Origin: Vulcanimicrobiota bacterium
Lineage (GTDB): Bacteria > Vulcanimicrobiota > Vulcanimicrobiia > Vulcanimicrobiales > Vulcanimicrobiaceae
NCBI GenBank assembly: GCA_003133025.1
Contig: PKZK01000063.1
Span: forward strand, 1 to 16,193
DNA: 16,193 bases
Reading direction: 5' to 3'
Shown: positions 1 through 8,479 of the stretch, in pieces
How the letters are laid out: every line of letters begins with the position of its first letter
Numbering within the stretch: the stretch's first letter is position 1
Made by a program: the position numbers and the translations under genes
The notes under the pieces: generated by a model
What the model saw: the letters and a program-made list of their open reading frames with translations, nothing else
Told to the model about the DNA's origin: nothing
Database searches by the model: none

Positions 1-383
1 AAGATGCCGCCCGCGCCGATCGCTTGAATCGCGCGGGCGGTCAAGAAGATGCCGAAGGTCGGAGCGACGATCGCGAGCACGCTGCCCGCCGCGAAGATCG
101 AGACGCAGAGCGTGTAGATCGGCCGCCGCCCGTAAACGTCGGAGAGTTTCGACATGACCGGGATGGCCACGATGTCGGCAAACAGATAGAGCGTGAAGAC
201 CCAGGCGATCGCGCGCGGCTGAGCGCCGAACGTCTTAGCGATCGACGCGAGCGCCGGCGAGAGCACCCCGAGATCGAGCGCGCCGGCAAAGACGCCGAGC
301 CCGAGCGTGATCAGCAGCAGCAGATCGCCGCGGTCGAACGAGTGGCCGGCGACGCGCGCCGGCTGCGCTTGCGCTGCAGTCAC
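1..383 (-). CDS. MFS transporter, DHA2/EmrB-like drug:H+ antiporter (N-terminal part; runs off the window edge)
   Basis: Not in the ORF track because it is open at the edge. Manual translation from GTG at 383: MTAAQAQPARVAGHSFDRGDLLLLITLGLGVFAGALDLGVLSPALASIAKTFG...WVFTLYLFADIVAIPVMSKLSDVYGRRPIY...FLTARAIQAIGAGGI. Contains MFS motif A (KLSDVYGRR), a motif B-like RAIQAIG, and the TM1 LDxxxxxPAL pattern. Confidence 0.9.
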   Translation of the reverse strand, partial: MTAAQAQPARVAGHSFDRGDLLLLITLGLGVFAGALDLGVLSPALASIAKTFGAQPRAIAWVFTLYLFADIVAIPVMSKLSDVYGRRPIYTLCVSIFAAGSVLAIVAPTFGIFLTARAIQAIGAGGI

Positions 384-393
384 CCGCGGCGCC

Positions 394-1314
394 TCAGCGG
401 ATGACGCTGTCGAGCACCATCGCCACGCACATCAGCGCGAGATAGAGCAGCGAGTATTTGAAGAGCGCACGGGCGGCGGGCTTTACCGGGCCGCCGCGCA
501 ACAGCTTCCATGCGTCCCACATGAAGAACGCGCCGAGCCCGAACGCGGGCACGAAATACCACAAGCCGAACACGCCGAGCGGCGTGAGCGCGAGCGAGGC
601 CAGCACCAAGAGCACCGAGTAGACGAAGATCTCGATCTTCGTCTGCGCCACGCCGCGCACGTTGGGCAGCATCGGCACGTTGGCGCGCGCGTAATCGGTG
701 TTGGTCATCAGGGCCAGCGCCCAGAAGTGCGGCGGCGTCCACAAGAATATCACCGCGAAGAGACCGACCGCCGGCCAGCCGACGTGACCCGTGATCGCCG
801 CCCAGCCGACCAGCGGCGGAACGGCGCCCGCTGCGCCGCCGATGACGATGTTGAGCACGGTCGTGCGCTTGAGCCACAGCGTATAGACGACGACGTAGTA
901 GACGTTGCCCGCGAGCGAAAGCCAGGCGGCGAGCGGATTCACCAAGAGGTACAACATCGCGAACCCGAGCACGCCGAGTACGCTCGCGAACACGACGGCG
1001 GGTATCACGGCGATGCGCCGCGCCGCGACGGGCCGCGAGGATGTGCGCGCCATCAAGCGGTCGATGTCGCGATCGAGCACGCAGTTGAACGCGCCCGCCG
1101 AGCCCGCGGCCAGGCCGCCGCCGATCAGCGTGAAGATGGTCAGTTCGAGCGGCGGCACGCCGTGCGCGGCCATGATCATCGCGGCCAGCGTGGTGAGCAA
1201 CAGCAAGAAGATGATGCGCGGCTTGGCCAGCTCGTAGTAGTCGTTGATGGAGCCGCGCCACCCGGCTGCGAGCGCGGGTGAGGTGCCGTCGAGGCGCGAG
1301 AGGGTCGAGCTCAC
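394..1314 (-). CDS. ctaB: Protoheme IX farnesyltransferase (heme O synthase)
   Basis: Motifs ELAKPRII, FNCVLDRDIDRLMARTSSRP, YTLWLKR, NIVIGGAAGAVPPLVGWAA, LWTPPHFWALA, DYARANVPMLP. Start set at GTG 1314, which overlaps the ctaA stop (GTGA); the upstream part of the 447-aa track ORF lies inside ctaA. Confidence 0.96.
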   Translation of the reverse strand: MSSTLSRLDGTSPALAAGWRGSINDYYELAKPRIIFLLLLTTLAAMIMAAHGVPPLELTIFTLIGGGLAAGSAGAFNCVLDRDIDRLMARTSSRPVAARRIAVIPAVVFASVLGVLGFAMLYLLVNPLAAWLSLAGNVYYVVVYTLWLKRTTVLNIVIGGAAGAVPPLVGWAAITGHVGWPAVGLFAVIFLWTPPHFWALALMTNTDYARANVPMLPNVRGVAQTKIEIFVYSVLLVLASLALTPLGVFGLWYFVPAFGLGAFFMWDAWKLLRGGPVKPAARALFKYSLLYLALMCVAMVLDSVIR

Positions 1315-2255
1315 CGGCTCGTCGCGATCCGCGTAACGCGTCCGCTCCGCACGGCGACGCTTTCGCGCGCGGGCGCGCGTTCGAGCGTCGCAAAGGTTGC
1401 GCCGAGCACGAAGGCGATGAAGGTCAGGCAGGCGTTCGCCGCATGCAGTTCGCGCAGCGCGACGGGCATCGCCGCATACACGTTGGCCGCGCCGAGCGCC
1501 GCTTGTAGCACCACGAGCGCGCAGGCGCAGTAGGCGGTTATCCGCACGCGCCGCGAGGCACCGGTTGCCGCGACGAGGGCGGCGACGAGCGCCGCCACGA
1601 TTACGAGCAATGCGGCCGCACGGTGCAGCATCTGGGCGATCTGCGCGTCGCCGGACCCGAACGGCTCGGCGCCGCACAGCGGGAAGGAAGCGCAGGCCAA
1701 GCCCGCATGGCTGGAACTGACGTAGGCGCCCAGGCACATCGCCACGAGCACTGCGGCGGCCGCGGCGATCAGGGCGCCGGCCGCCCGCGCCGTGCCGGTA
1801 GCGCGCGCCTCAGGAGATCGCACGACCACCGCTCCGGTGAACCCGAGCGTCGCGAGCACGGTCAGCGTAGCGAGCAACGCCATCGCCATGGCCCAATGCA
1901 GCACCACGGAAATCGGGCTGTTGCCCAGCTCCACGGTGGCGCCGCCCAGGAGCACCTGCACCGCGAAGACGCCCGCCAGAACGGCGAGCCCCCGGCCCAG
2001 GAATGGAATCACGGTGCGTAACCGCCAGCCCGCGACGAAGACACCCAGCACGAGAAAGCCTTCCAGAAAAACACCGGCGCGGTGCGACCACTCCAGCACG
2101 ACGCCTCCGCTCAGCGCCGGCACGACCGAGCCGCGGCAGAGCGGCCAGTCGGGACAGGTCAGCCCTGCGTCGTTGATCCGTACCCAACTTCCGAGCACCG
2201 CCACCAGAAAGGCGAGTCCGGCGGCGCCCAGCGCCAAGCCGCGAAAGGTTCTCAC
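1311..2255 (-). CDS. ctaA: Heme A synthase (COX15/CtaA family)
   Basis: GSWVRINDAGLTCPDWPLC, EWSHR, VLHW, second-half GAYV...AGLACASFPLC...QMLHR, ELHAA; about 8 hydrophobic helices. Start set at GTG 2255, downstream of the predicted promoter. Confidence 0.93.
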   Translation of the reverse strand: MRTFRGLALGAAGLAFLVAVLGSWVRINDAGLTCPDWPLCRGSVVPALSGGVVLEWSHRAGVFLEGFLVLGVFVAGWRLRTVIPFLGRGLAVLAGVFAVQVLLGGATVELGNSPISVVLHWAMAMALLATLTVLATLGFTGAVVVRSPEARATGTARAAGALIAAAAAVLVAMCLGAYVSSSHAGLACASFPLCGAEPFGSGDAQIAQMLHRAAALLVIVAALVAALVAATGASRRVRITAYCACALVVLQAALGAANVYAAMPVALRELHAANACLTFIAFVLGATFATLERAPARESVAVRSGRVTRIATSR

Positions 2256-2265
2256 GTCGTGCCTA

Positions 2266-2294
2266 AGTGTATGCCCGCGACGCGAGCCGGGCAA
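2266..2294 (-). promoter_or_regulatory. sigma70-type promoter of the ctaA-ctaB-MFS operon
   Basis: Minus strand TTGCCC (2294-2289) - 17 nt - TACACT (2271-2266), 10 nt before the ctaA GTG. Confidence 0.65.
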
Positions 2295-2303
2295 CGACAA
2301 GCG

Positions 2304-3008
2304 TCAAGAACACCCGCTGACGGCCTCGTCGCCGTGCAGCGCCGCGCGCGTCTCGTCGGCCGACACGGCGCCCAGACGGCTCGCGAAGTCGCTCGCCGCG
2401 GCCCGGGCCATGCGGTTGGGCGATCCCGCCGACTGATACGGCGACGAGAGCGGACCGCTGGGCGGGTCGTTGCCGGCGAGGTGGTGGAGCGGGTCGGCCG
2501 CGGCCTGATGCGCCAAGTCGTTCTCGGTCATGTTCTCGCCGCGCACCTCGACGTTGGTCAGGTAGACGGTCAGGGCGGCGAGGTCGGTCCCGATGCGCCG
2601 GTGCTCGGCCGACGAGGCGTACAGCGCGTCGCTGAACGTACGAAGCTCGGCGCGATGCGCCGCGGGCAGCCGGTCGGCGGCGTCGCCGAGACGGTGCAAT
2701 TCGTCGTCGGTGCGGACCGCGTCGTCGTGAATCTGCGCGGAAAGGCCGCTCAGGTCGCCGAGCGCGCCGTGGGCGGCAACGGCATTGCCCTCCACGTCGA
2801 TCGAGCGCAAGCGAGCGATCGTCCGTACGAGCCATTGGCGGTTGCGCAATTCGGCTGCGATCGCCGCGTTCGCGTGCACCACCAGCGCACCGCATACGCC
2901 CGCGGGCGCTCCGCGCTCGCCGATCTCGTGCAGGGGCGTGGTGTCGTTCGCGGCCGGCGCGCCGGCTGCGGCTAGGAATGCGACCAACCAAATCCCGGAG
3001 GCGAGCAT
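2304..3008 (-). CDS. Hypothetical secreted alpha-helical protein
   Basis: ATG 3008 preceded by GGAGGA. Signal-peptide-like N-terminus MLASGIWLVAFLAAAGAPAA, amphipathic helical body, only two Cys (GVCG near the start, GCS at the C-terminus). Confidence 0.75.
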   Translation of the reverse strand: MLASGIWLVAFLAAAGAPAANDTTPLHEIGERGAPAGVCGALVVHANAAIAAELRNRQWLVRTIARLRSIDVEGNAVAAHGALGDLSGLSAQIHDDAVRTDDELHRLGDAADRLPAAHRAELRTFSDALYASSAEHRRIGTDLAALTVYLTNVEVRGENMTENDLAHQAAADPLHHLAGNDPPSGPLSSPYQSAGSPNRMARAAASDFASRLGAVSADETRAALHGDEAVSGCS

Positions 3009-3085
3009 GGACGATCCTCCCATCGACGCCGTCACCAGCGCGAATTCGCTAGGCCGAGGAGCCCGTTCCTCGAAGCGTCAGGGTG

Positions 3086-3529
3086 ATGTCAGGTTTAGGG
3101 AGGCTCGCTGCGGCGGTGCTCGCAGTCGGACTTCTGAGCGGATGCCGGGAAGTGCGGGTGCGGACGTACGCGCAAGGGACCACGATCGTCGCCGGAGGCG
3201 CGCACGTTTCCGTCGTCCGCGACCGTCGCGATCTGGAAGCCTACGGCGTCCACGCGCCCGTGCGCTTCAACCACGAATTCGGGGTGCTGCTGGTCATGGG
3301 GCCGCACCGCGAGACGGGCTGGCGTCAAGTCATCGAATCGATTCGCGCCAACGAGAGCAGGGTCCGCATCGTCGCTTTCGAACGCGCGCCAGCGGACGGC
3401 GGCGAACCCACCGCCGAATATCACACGTATACGCTGTGGATCGTGCCGAACTCGGTCTACCGTTCGGGTTCGGTCATCGACGTAGTCACGCCGGACGACG
3501 TTCCGGTCGCATCGACCGCTCTGAAATGA
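3086..3529 (+). CDS. Lipoprotein with a PrcB C-terminal-like domain
   Basis: Lipobox LLSGC after a hydrophobic stretch. VLLVMGPHRETGWRQVIESI...VRIVAFERAP...PTAEYHTYTLWIVP resembles the PrcB_C pattern (recognised by eye). Alternative start GTG 3083. Confidence 0.65.
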   Translation: MSGLGRLAAAVLAVGLLSGCREVRVRTYAQGTTIVAGGAHVSVVRDRRDLEAYGVHAPVRFNHEFGVLLVMGPHRETGWRQVIESIRANESRVRIVAFERAPADGGEPTAEYHTYTLWIVPNSVYRSGSVIDVVTPDDVPVASTALK

Positions 3530-3542
3530 GGACGTCCGACCC

Positions 3543-4646
3543 GTGAGTGAGCACGCGCTCGAATCGATCGAATCCACCGTCACGCGGCTCGGCGTGGTTT
3601 TGCGCGCCAACGACGATCCGGCCGAATCGGAAGGCGTGCTCAATCCCGCGAGCGCGCGCACGCGGGACGGCAAACTCTTGCTCTATCCGCGCGCGGTTTC
3701 GCGCGGCAACGTTTCGCGCATAGCGCTCGTCGAGGCGACCGGCGGCGCGGACGATCCCGCCTTCGAACGGCACGGCTACGCGCTGGAGCCCGATACGCCG
3801 TACGAATTTCGGGATACGCCCGGCGGCTACGGCTGCGAGGATCCGCGCGTCACGTTCGTACCCGCGCTGGATCTCTACGTCATGGCCTATACCGCCTATG
3901 GACCGGAAGGGCCGCGCATCGCGCTGGCCACCTCGCACGACGCCTACGAGTGGACGCGACTCGGTTTGGTCGACTTCTCGGGGCCGGGTTTGCCGCGCGG
4001 CGACGATAAGGACGCGGCGTTTTTTCCCGAACCCGTGCTCTCGCCCAAAGGCCAGCCCAGCTTCGCATTTTATCACCGTCCGATGTTGCACTTGTCCGCG
4101 CTCGACGGATGCAGCGCGGTGCCGGTGATCCTCGACATGCCGCCCGATCAGCGCGAGTCCACGCACATCGCATACGTGGCGCTCGAACCGGCCTTGCGCG
4201 ATTCGCGCAATCTGCTGAAGGTGAGCGAGAGCGTGCTGGTGCTCGCGCCGGAGGCCGCCTGGGGCTCGATCAAGACGGGCGGCGGCACGCCGCCCGTGCG
4301 CGTCGCCGAAGGCTGGATGTCGCTCTTCCACGGCGTCGACGGACGCTTCGATGCGAGCGGTCACTGCGTGGGCATGCGCTACAGCGCGGGAATGGTGATT
4401 CACGACGCGCAGCATCCGCACATCGTGCGCTATCGTTCGCCCGCGCCGCTGCTCGCGCCCGAGACCGGCGACGAAATGCACGGCATCGTGAACGAGGTCG
4501 TCTTCCCCACGGCCATCGACGTGCGTCCCGGTTCGCCGCCGCGCACGTACGACGTGTACTACGGCATGGCCGACGCCCGCATCGGGCGCGTGCGCTTCGC
4601 GTTGGGCGAGAGTACGGCTGCGGCGGACGAGGAGAGCGCCGCCTAA
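3543..4646 (+). CDS. Glycoside hydrolase family 130 protein (beta-mannoside phosphorylase-like)
   Basis: GVLNP, LYPRA, GCEDPRV, YVMAYTAY, DKDAAFFPE, YHRP, KTGGGTPP, FHG, VVFP, YYGMAD: the five-bladed beta-propeller GH130 motif series. Confidence 0.88.
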   Translation: MSEHALESIESTVTRLGVVLRANDDPAESEGVLNPASARTRDGKLLLYPRAVSRGNVSRIALVEATGGADDPAFERHGYALEPDTPYEFRDTPGGYGCEDPRVTFVPALDLYVMAYTAYGPEGPRIALATSHDAYEWTRLGLVDFSGPGLPRGDDKDAAFFPEPVLSPKGQPSFAFYHRPMLHLSALDGCSAVPVILDMPPDQRESTHIAYVALEPALRDSRNLLKVSESVLVLAPEAAWGSIKTGGGTPPVRVAEGWMSLFHGVDGRFDASGHCVGMRYSAGMVIHDAQHPHIVRYRSPAPLLAPETGDEMHGIVNEVVFPTAIDVRPGSPPRTYDVYYGMADARIGRVRFALGESTAAADEESAA

Positions 4647-4669
4647 TCGGACGGCCCGACCGGCCTTCG

Positions 4670-5158
4670 ATGCTGCCCTACTACGGGATCGCGGCGGTCA
4701 TCGTGATCGCCGGCGTGATCCTCTTCGCCGCGGGCGCGGGTCGCGGCCGCGACGTGGAGGTCAAGACGGAGCCCGCCCACGGCACGCCGAGCCCGCCGCG
4801 CCACGAAGCCGCCTCGACGTTCCGGCCCGGGCCCGTCACCGGCAGCGCCCCCTGGGCGCTCTCGGCCGTGCCCGAATGCTTTCGGCAAATCAAGCACGAT
4901 CGCGGCACCGCGGCCTTCGCGGCGCGGCGGCTGCCGCCGGGGGCACGGCGTCTTGCGCCGGGCACCGTCATGGCCGTTGCCGATTGCAGGCTGCTGGTGG
5001 GTGCGGCGACCCTGACGCTCGAGCGCGGCGACGAACGGCTGGTGGTGCCGCCCCGGACCGCTGCGTACGCCGCCGGCGATACCCTCTCGGTGTTACGCAC
5101 GACCGGAAATGCGGGCGATCTGCGCGTCTATCGCCGGGTTTCGGCGTCCGGACCCTGA
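4670..5158 (+). CDS. Hypothetical protein with an N-terminal membrane anchor
   Basis: 3' part of the track ORF 4109..5158. MLPYYGIAAVIVIAGVILFAAG TM helix, Pro-rich linker, then a domain with two Cys. Fills the gap between GH130 and prfC exactly. Start uncertain. Confidence 0.65.
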   Translation: MLPYYGIAAVIVIAGVILFAAGAGRGRDVEVKTEPAHGTPSPPRHEAASTFRPGPVTGSAPWALSAVPECFRQIKHDRGTAAFAARRLPPGARRLAPGTVMAVADCRLLVGAATLTLERGDERLVVPPRTAAYAAGDTLSVLRTTGNAGDLRVYRRVSASGP

Positions 5159-5170
5159 ACTGCGTTTCGG

Positions 5171-6808
5171 ATGGACCACGACGCTCACGAACACATCGTC
5201 GAAGAAGTCGAGCGCCGGCGCACGTTCGCGATCATCTCGCATCCCGACGCGGGCAAGACCACGCTCACCGAAAAGCTGCTGCTCTACGGCGGCGCGATTG
5301 CGACCGCCGGCCAGGTGTCGGCACGCCGCCGCGCGCGTCAGGCCACCTCCGACTGGATGGAACTCGAGCGCGAGCGCGGCATCTCGATCACCTCGACCGT
5401 GCTGCAGTTTCCCTATCGCGAGCACACGATGAACCTGCTCGACACGCCGGGTCACCAAGATTTCGGCGAAGACACGTATCGCACGCTGCTCGCCGCCGAT
5501 AGCGCGGTCATGCTGCTCGATGCGGCCAAAGGCGTGGAGCCGCAGACCAAAAAGCTCTTCGCCATCTGCCGCGCGCGGCGCATTCCGCTCTTCACGTTCA
5601 TCAACAAGATGGACCGCCCCAGCCGCGATCCGCTCGAACTCCTCGACGAACTCGAAAACGTGCTCGGCATCGGCGCCTATCCGATGGTCTGGCCGATCGG
5701 CAGCGGTCCCGCTTTTCGCGGCGTCTACGATCGCCGCTCGCACGAGGTGCATCTCTTCGAGCGCACCGAGCACGGCGCCAAGCGCGCGCCCGTGCGCGTG
5801 ACCGACGTGCGCGATCCGGCGATCGCCGCGCTCAGCGACGAGTATACCTATCGCGAATTCATCGACGGCCTCGAGTTGCTCGAGGGCGCGGGCGAAGGCT
5901 TCGATCGCGACGCGATGTTGCGCGGCGATTCCACGCCCGTGTTCTTCGGCAGCGCGGTGACCAATTTCGGCGTGCAACTTTTCCTCGACGCGTTCCTGGA
6001 TATGGCGCCCCCGCCGCGGGCCCGCTTGGCCACGCGCGCGGGCTCGCCCGAACCCGCGCCCGTCGATCCGGAATCGGATCAGTTCTCGGGCTTCGTGTTC
6101 AAGATCCAAGCCAACATGGATCCGCGCCACCGCGACCGCGTGGCCTTTCTGCGCGTCTGCAGCGGCCGCTTCGAGCGCGACATGCTGGTGCGCAACGTGC
6201 GCACGGGCAAGGAAGTGCGTCTCACCCGCGCGATGAAACTCTTCGCGAGCGATCGCGAGGTGGTGGAAGAAGCGTTCGCGGGCGACGTGGTGGGCTTGGC
6301 CAACCCGGGCACGTTCGCGATCGGCGACACGCTGTGCAACGGTCCCGCGCTGCGCTACGACCGCATTCCGTCGTTCGAGCCCGAACATTTCTCGAGCGTG
6401 CGCAACGTCGATACCGGCGGCTACAAGTCGTTCCAGAAGGGCATCGCGCAACTCGCCGAGGAGGGCGCGATCCAAGTCTTCTACGCGGCCGGCGACGTGC
6501 ACAGCGAGCCGGTCTTTGCGGCCGTGGGTGAGTTGCAATTCGAGGTGGCCAAGTACCGCCTCGAATCCGAGTACAACGTCAAGACGCAATTCTCTCGGCT
6601 GCCCTATTCGCTGGCCCGGCGCGTGGTGGGCGATGCGGCCGGCGCGGCGTGGCCGTCGAGCGCGAAACTCGTCGAAGACGCCTCGGGTACACCGTTCGCG
6701 CTCTTCGAGAGCGACTGGAGTCTGCGGCTGGCCGAGGAGTGGAATGCGGGATTGCGCTTCCTACCGTTCTCCGCCGAGCCCGAAACGAGGGAGATCGTCA
6801 CATCATGA
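5171..6808 (+). CDS. prfC: Peptide chain release factor 3
   Basis: RRRTFAIISHPDAGKTTLTEKLLLYGGAI, SDWMELERERGISIT, NLLDTPGHQDF, INKMDR, FKIQANMDPRHRDR, EEGAIQ, AVGELQFEV..YRLESEY. Confidence 0.98.
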   Translation: MDHDAHEHIVEEVERRRTFAIISHPDAGKTTLTEKLLLYGGAIATAGQVSARRRARQATSDWMELERERGISITSTVLQFPYREHTMNLLDTPGHQDFGEDTYRTLLAADSAVMLLDAAKGVEPQTKKLFAICRARRIPLFTFINKMDRPSRDPLELLDELENVLGIGAYPMVWPIGSGPAFRGVYDRRSHEVHLFERTEHGAKRAPVRVTDVRDPAIAALSDEYTYREFIDGLELLEGAGEGFDRDAMLRGDSTPVFFGSAVTNFGVQLFLDAFLDMAPPPRARLATRAGSPEPAPVDPESDQFSGFVFKIQANMDPRHRDRVAFLRVCSGRFERDMLVRNVRTGKEVRLTRAMKLFASDREVVEEAFAGDVVGLANPGTFAIGDTLCNGPALRYDRIPSFEPEHFSSVRNVDTGGYKSFQKGIAQLAEEGAIQVFYAAGDVHSEPVFAAVGELQFEVAKYRLESEYNVKTQFSRLPYSLARRVVGDAAGAAWPSSAKLVEDASGTPFALFESDWSLRLAEEWNAGLRFLPFSAEPETREIVTS

Positions 6809-7254
6809 AGCAAATCGGCCCCGCCCCCGGCACGCCGAGCGCGCCCGTTACCGCCGCCCGCCGCTCGCCGCCGACGGTGTGGCTCGTGCTGCTGCTCGTC
6901 GTGCTCGCCGCGTGGCTGCTCTTGCGCCCGCACGAGAACAAAGCCGAGCATCTGGCCAACGACGTGACGCAGGCGATCTTGAAGAACGACATGAGCCCCG
7001 TGCGCCAGGACTTCAACGCGATCACCCGCGCGCAGCTCGACAACCGGGCCAAAGTCGGCCGTCTCTCCGACGACCTGCACGCGCTGGGCACGCTCAAGAG
7101 CATCAAGGAAGATACGCCGAAGGATGCGGCTGCCGGCTATCACCATTTCGCCGCGCAGTTCGAGAAGGGCACGTGGGCCGAAGATCTCACGATCGATAGC
7201 GAGGGGAAGATCTCGGCATTCCACGTACACCCGACCGACGATGCCGGACACTAA
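6805..7254 (+). CDS. Hypothetical single-pass membrane protein (possibly DUF3887/NTF2-like extracytoplasmic domain)
   Basis: ATG 6805 overlaps the prfC stop (ATGA) with GAGGGAG upstream. TM segment VWLVLLLVVLAAWLLL, then a helix plus beta-strand domain ending ...FEKG...DSEGKISAFHV. Confidence 0.72.
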   Translation: MKQIGPAPGTPSAPVTAARRSPPTVWLVLLLVVLAAWLLLRPHENKAEHLANDVTQAILKNDMSPVRQDFNAITRAQLDNRAKVGRLSDDLHALGTLKSIKEDTPKDAAAGYHHFAAQFEKGTWAEDLTIDSEGKISAFHVHPTDDAGH

Positions 7255-7263
7255 CGCAGCGGG

Positions 7264-8238
7264 ATGATCTCCCAAGCCGAAGCGGCGACGTTCGCCGACG
7301 TCGTCGAAGCCGCCGCGCGCTTACGCGGCGTGGCGCATCGCACGCCGGTCGTCACCTCGCGCACGCTCGACGCGCGCACGGGAGCGAGCGTCTTTCTGAA
7401 GTGTGAAAACCTGCAGCGCATGGGCGCGTTCAAGTTCCGCGGCGCCTATAACCGGATCGCGCAACTCGACGCCGGCGCGCGGGCCCGCGGCGTGGTGGCC
7501 TTTTCGAGCGGCAACCACGCGCAGGGCGTAGCGCTCGCGGCGCACCTGTTGGGCGCGCCCGCCATCATCGTCATGCCCTTCGACGCGCCGGCAGCCAAGG
7601 TCGCGGCGACGCGCGAATACGGCGCCGAAGTGGTCTTCTACGAGCGCGCCGCGATGAATCGCGCGGAACTCGCCGGGACGATCGCGCGCGAACGCGGCGC
7701 CACGCTCGTGCCGCCGTACGACGATCCGAACGTGATCGCGGGTCAAGGCACGGTCGCGCTCGAGTTGCTCGAAGACGTTCCGGATCTCGACGTCCTCTTG
7801 GTCTGCGTCGGCGGGGGCGGACTCCTCGCGGGCAGCGCGCTCGCGGCGACCGCGCTGCGCCCCGGCATTGCGATCTACGGCGTGGAGCCCGAAGCTGGCG
7901 ACGATTTCGCGCGCTCCTTCGCGAGCGGCGAGCGCATCGAGATCCCGGTGCCCGATACGATTGCGGACGGTCAGCAGACGACGTCGCCCGGCGTATTGAC
8001 CTTTCCGATCGTCAAGCGCCTCTGCGCCGGTTTCCTAACCGTCTCCGACGACGATCTACGCGCGGCGATGCGCTTCGCCTTCGAACGCTTGAAGCTCGTC
8101 GTCGAGCCCAGCGGTGCGTGCGCGCTTTCGGCGCTGCTGGCCGATAAGCTCGACGTTCGCGGCAAACGCGTAGGCGTGCTGATCAGCGGCGGAAACGTCG
8201 ATCCCAGCCGCTACTCAGAAATCCTGAACGCGCGATAG
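7264..8238 (+). CDS. PLP-dependent threonine/serine dehydratase family enzyme (serine racemase / threo-3-hydroxyaspartate ammonia-lyase type, no ACT domain)
   Basis: LKCENLQRMGAFKFRGA (PLP lysine), SSGNHAQG, GQGT, VGGGGL, VEPSGA, SGGN. Confidence 0.93.
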   Translation: MISQAEAATFADVVEAAARLRGVAHRTPVVTSRTLDARTGASVFLKCENLQRMGAFKFRGAYNRIAQLDAGARARGVVAFSSGNHAQGVALAAHLLGAPAIIVMPFDAPAAKVAATREYGAEVVFYERAAMNRAELAGTIARERGATLVPPYDDPNVIAGQGTVALELLEDVPDLDVLLVCVGGGGLLAGSALAATALRPGIAIYGVEPEAGDDFARSFASGERIEIPVPDTIADGQQTTSPGVLTFPIVKRLCAGFLTVSDDDLRAAMRFAFERLKLVVEPSGACALSALLADKLDVRGKRVGVLISGGNVDPSRYSEILNAR

Positions 8239-8368
8239 GTCCGTTCGGCTCGTTGGGCAGGAAGGGAACGTCTGGCCCGGGAGGCGCCTCTTCCGGCCAC
8301 GGCTGATCCGGTGGTTCGCCGGGATTGGTCGGTGGAATCGGATTCGGCACGTAGGCGTGGAGCGACAT
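8183..8368 (-). CDS. Proline-rich microprotein (61 aa)
   Basis: MSLHAYVPNPIPPTNPGEPPDQPWPEEAPPGPDVPFLPNEPNGPIARSGF...; 16 Pro in the first 44 residues. ATG lies 9 nt after GGGTAT. The tail overlaps the dehydratase 3' end. Confidence 0.55.
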   Translation of the reverse strand: MSLHAYVPNPIPPTNPGEPPDQPWPEEAPPGPDVPFLPNEPNGPIARSGFLSSGWDRRFRR

Positions 8369-8377
8369 GCCGGGGTG

Positions 8378-8403
8378 ATACCCTGCCGAACCGCGACGCA
8401 ATC
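8378..8403 (-). promoter_or_regulatory. SigB/SigF-like promoter of the Pro-rich ORF
   Basis: Minus strand GATT (8403-8400) - 16 nt - GGGTAT (8383-8378) - 9 nt - ATG. Confidence 0.55.
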
Positions 8404-8479
8404 TCCGCTTGGCCATAAACTAGTGCGTTCGGCTCGAATCGGCCGGCGCTCGAGCGTGATTGGCTCAGCGAATGAACGG

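Noticed and set aside
1315..1737. 140-aa N-terminal extension of ctaB in the ORF track
   Set aside because: Lies within ctaA in another frame; the GTGA-coupled start at 1314 gives a normal-length CtaB.
3040..3072. GCGAATTCGC palindrome and CGAGGA-N6-TCCTCG hairpin in the divergent gap; a GGGTGA lies just downstream
   Set aside because: Short and plausible by chance; the GTTC-to-GGGTGA spacing of 12 nt does not fit the stress-promoter motif.
5093..6589. Long antisense and alternative-frame ORFs (also 307-1281, 2082-2975, 3486-4481, 10188-11078, 11880-12857)
   Set aside because: They overlap confidently identified or better-supported genes, are Arg/Ala/Gly-rich without motifs, and are expected at high GC.
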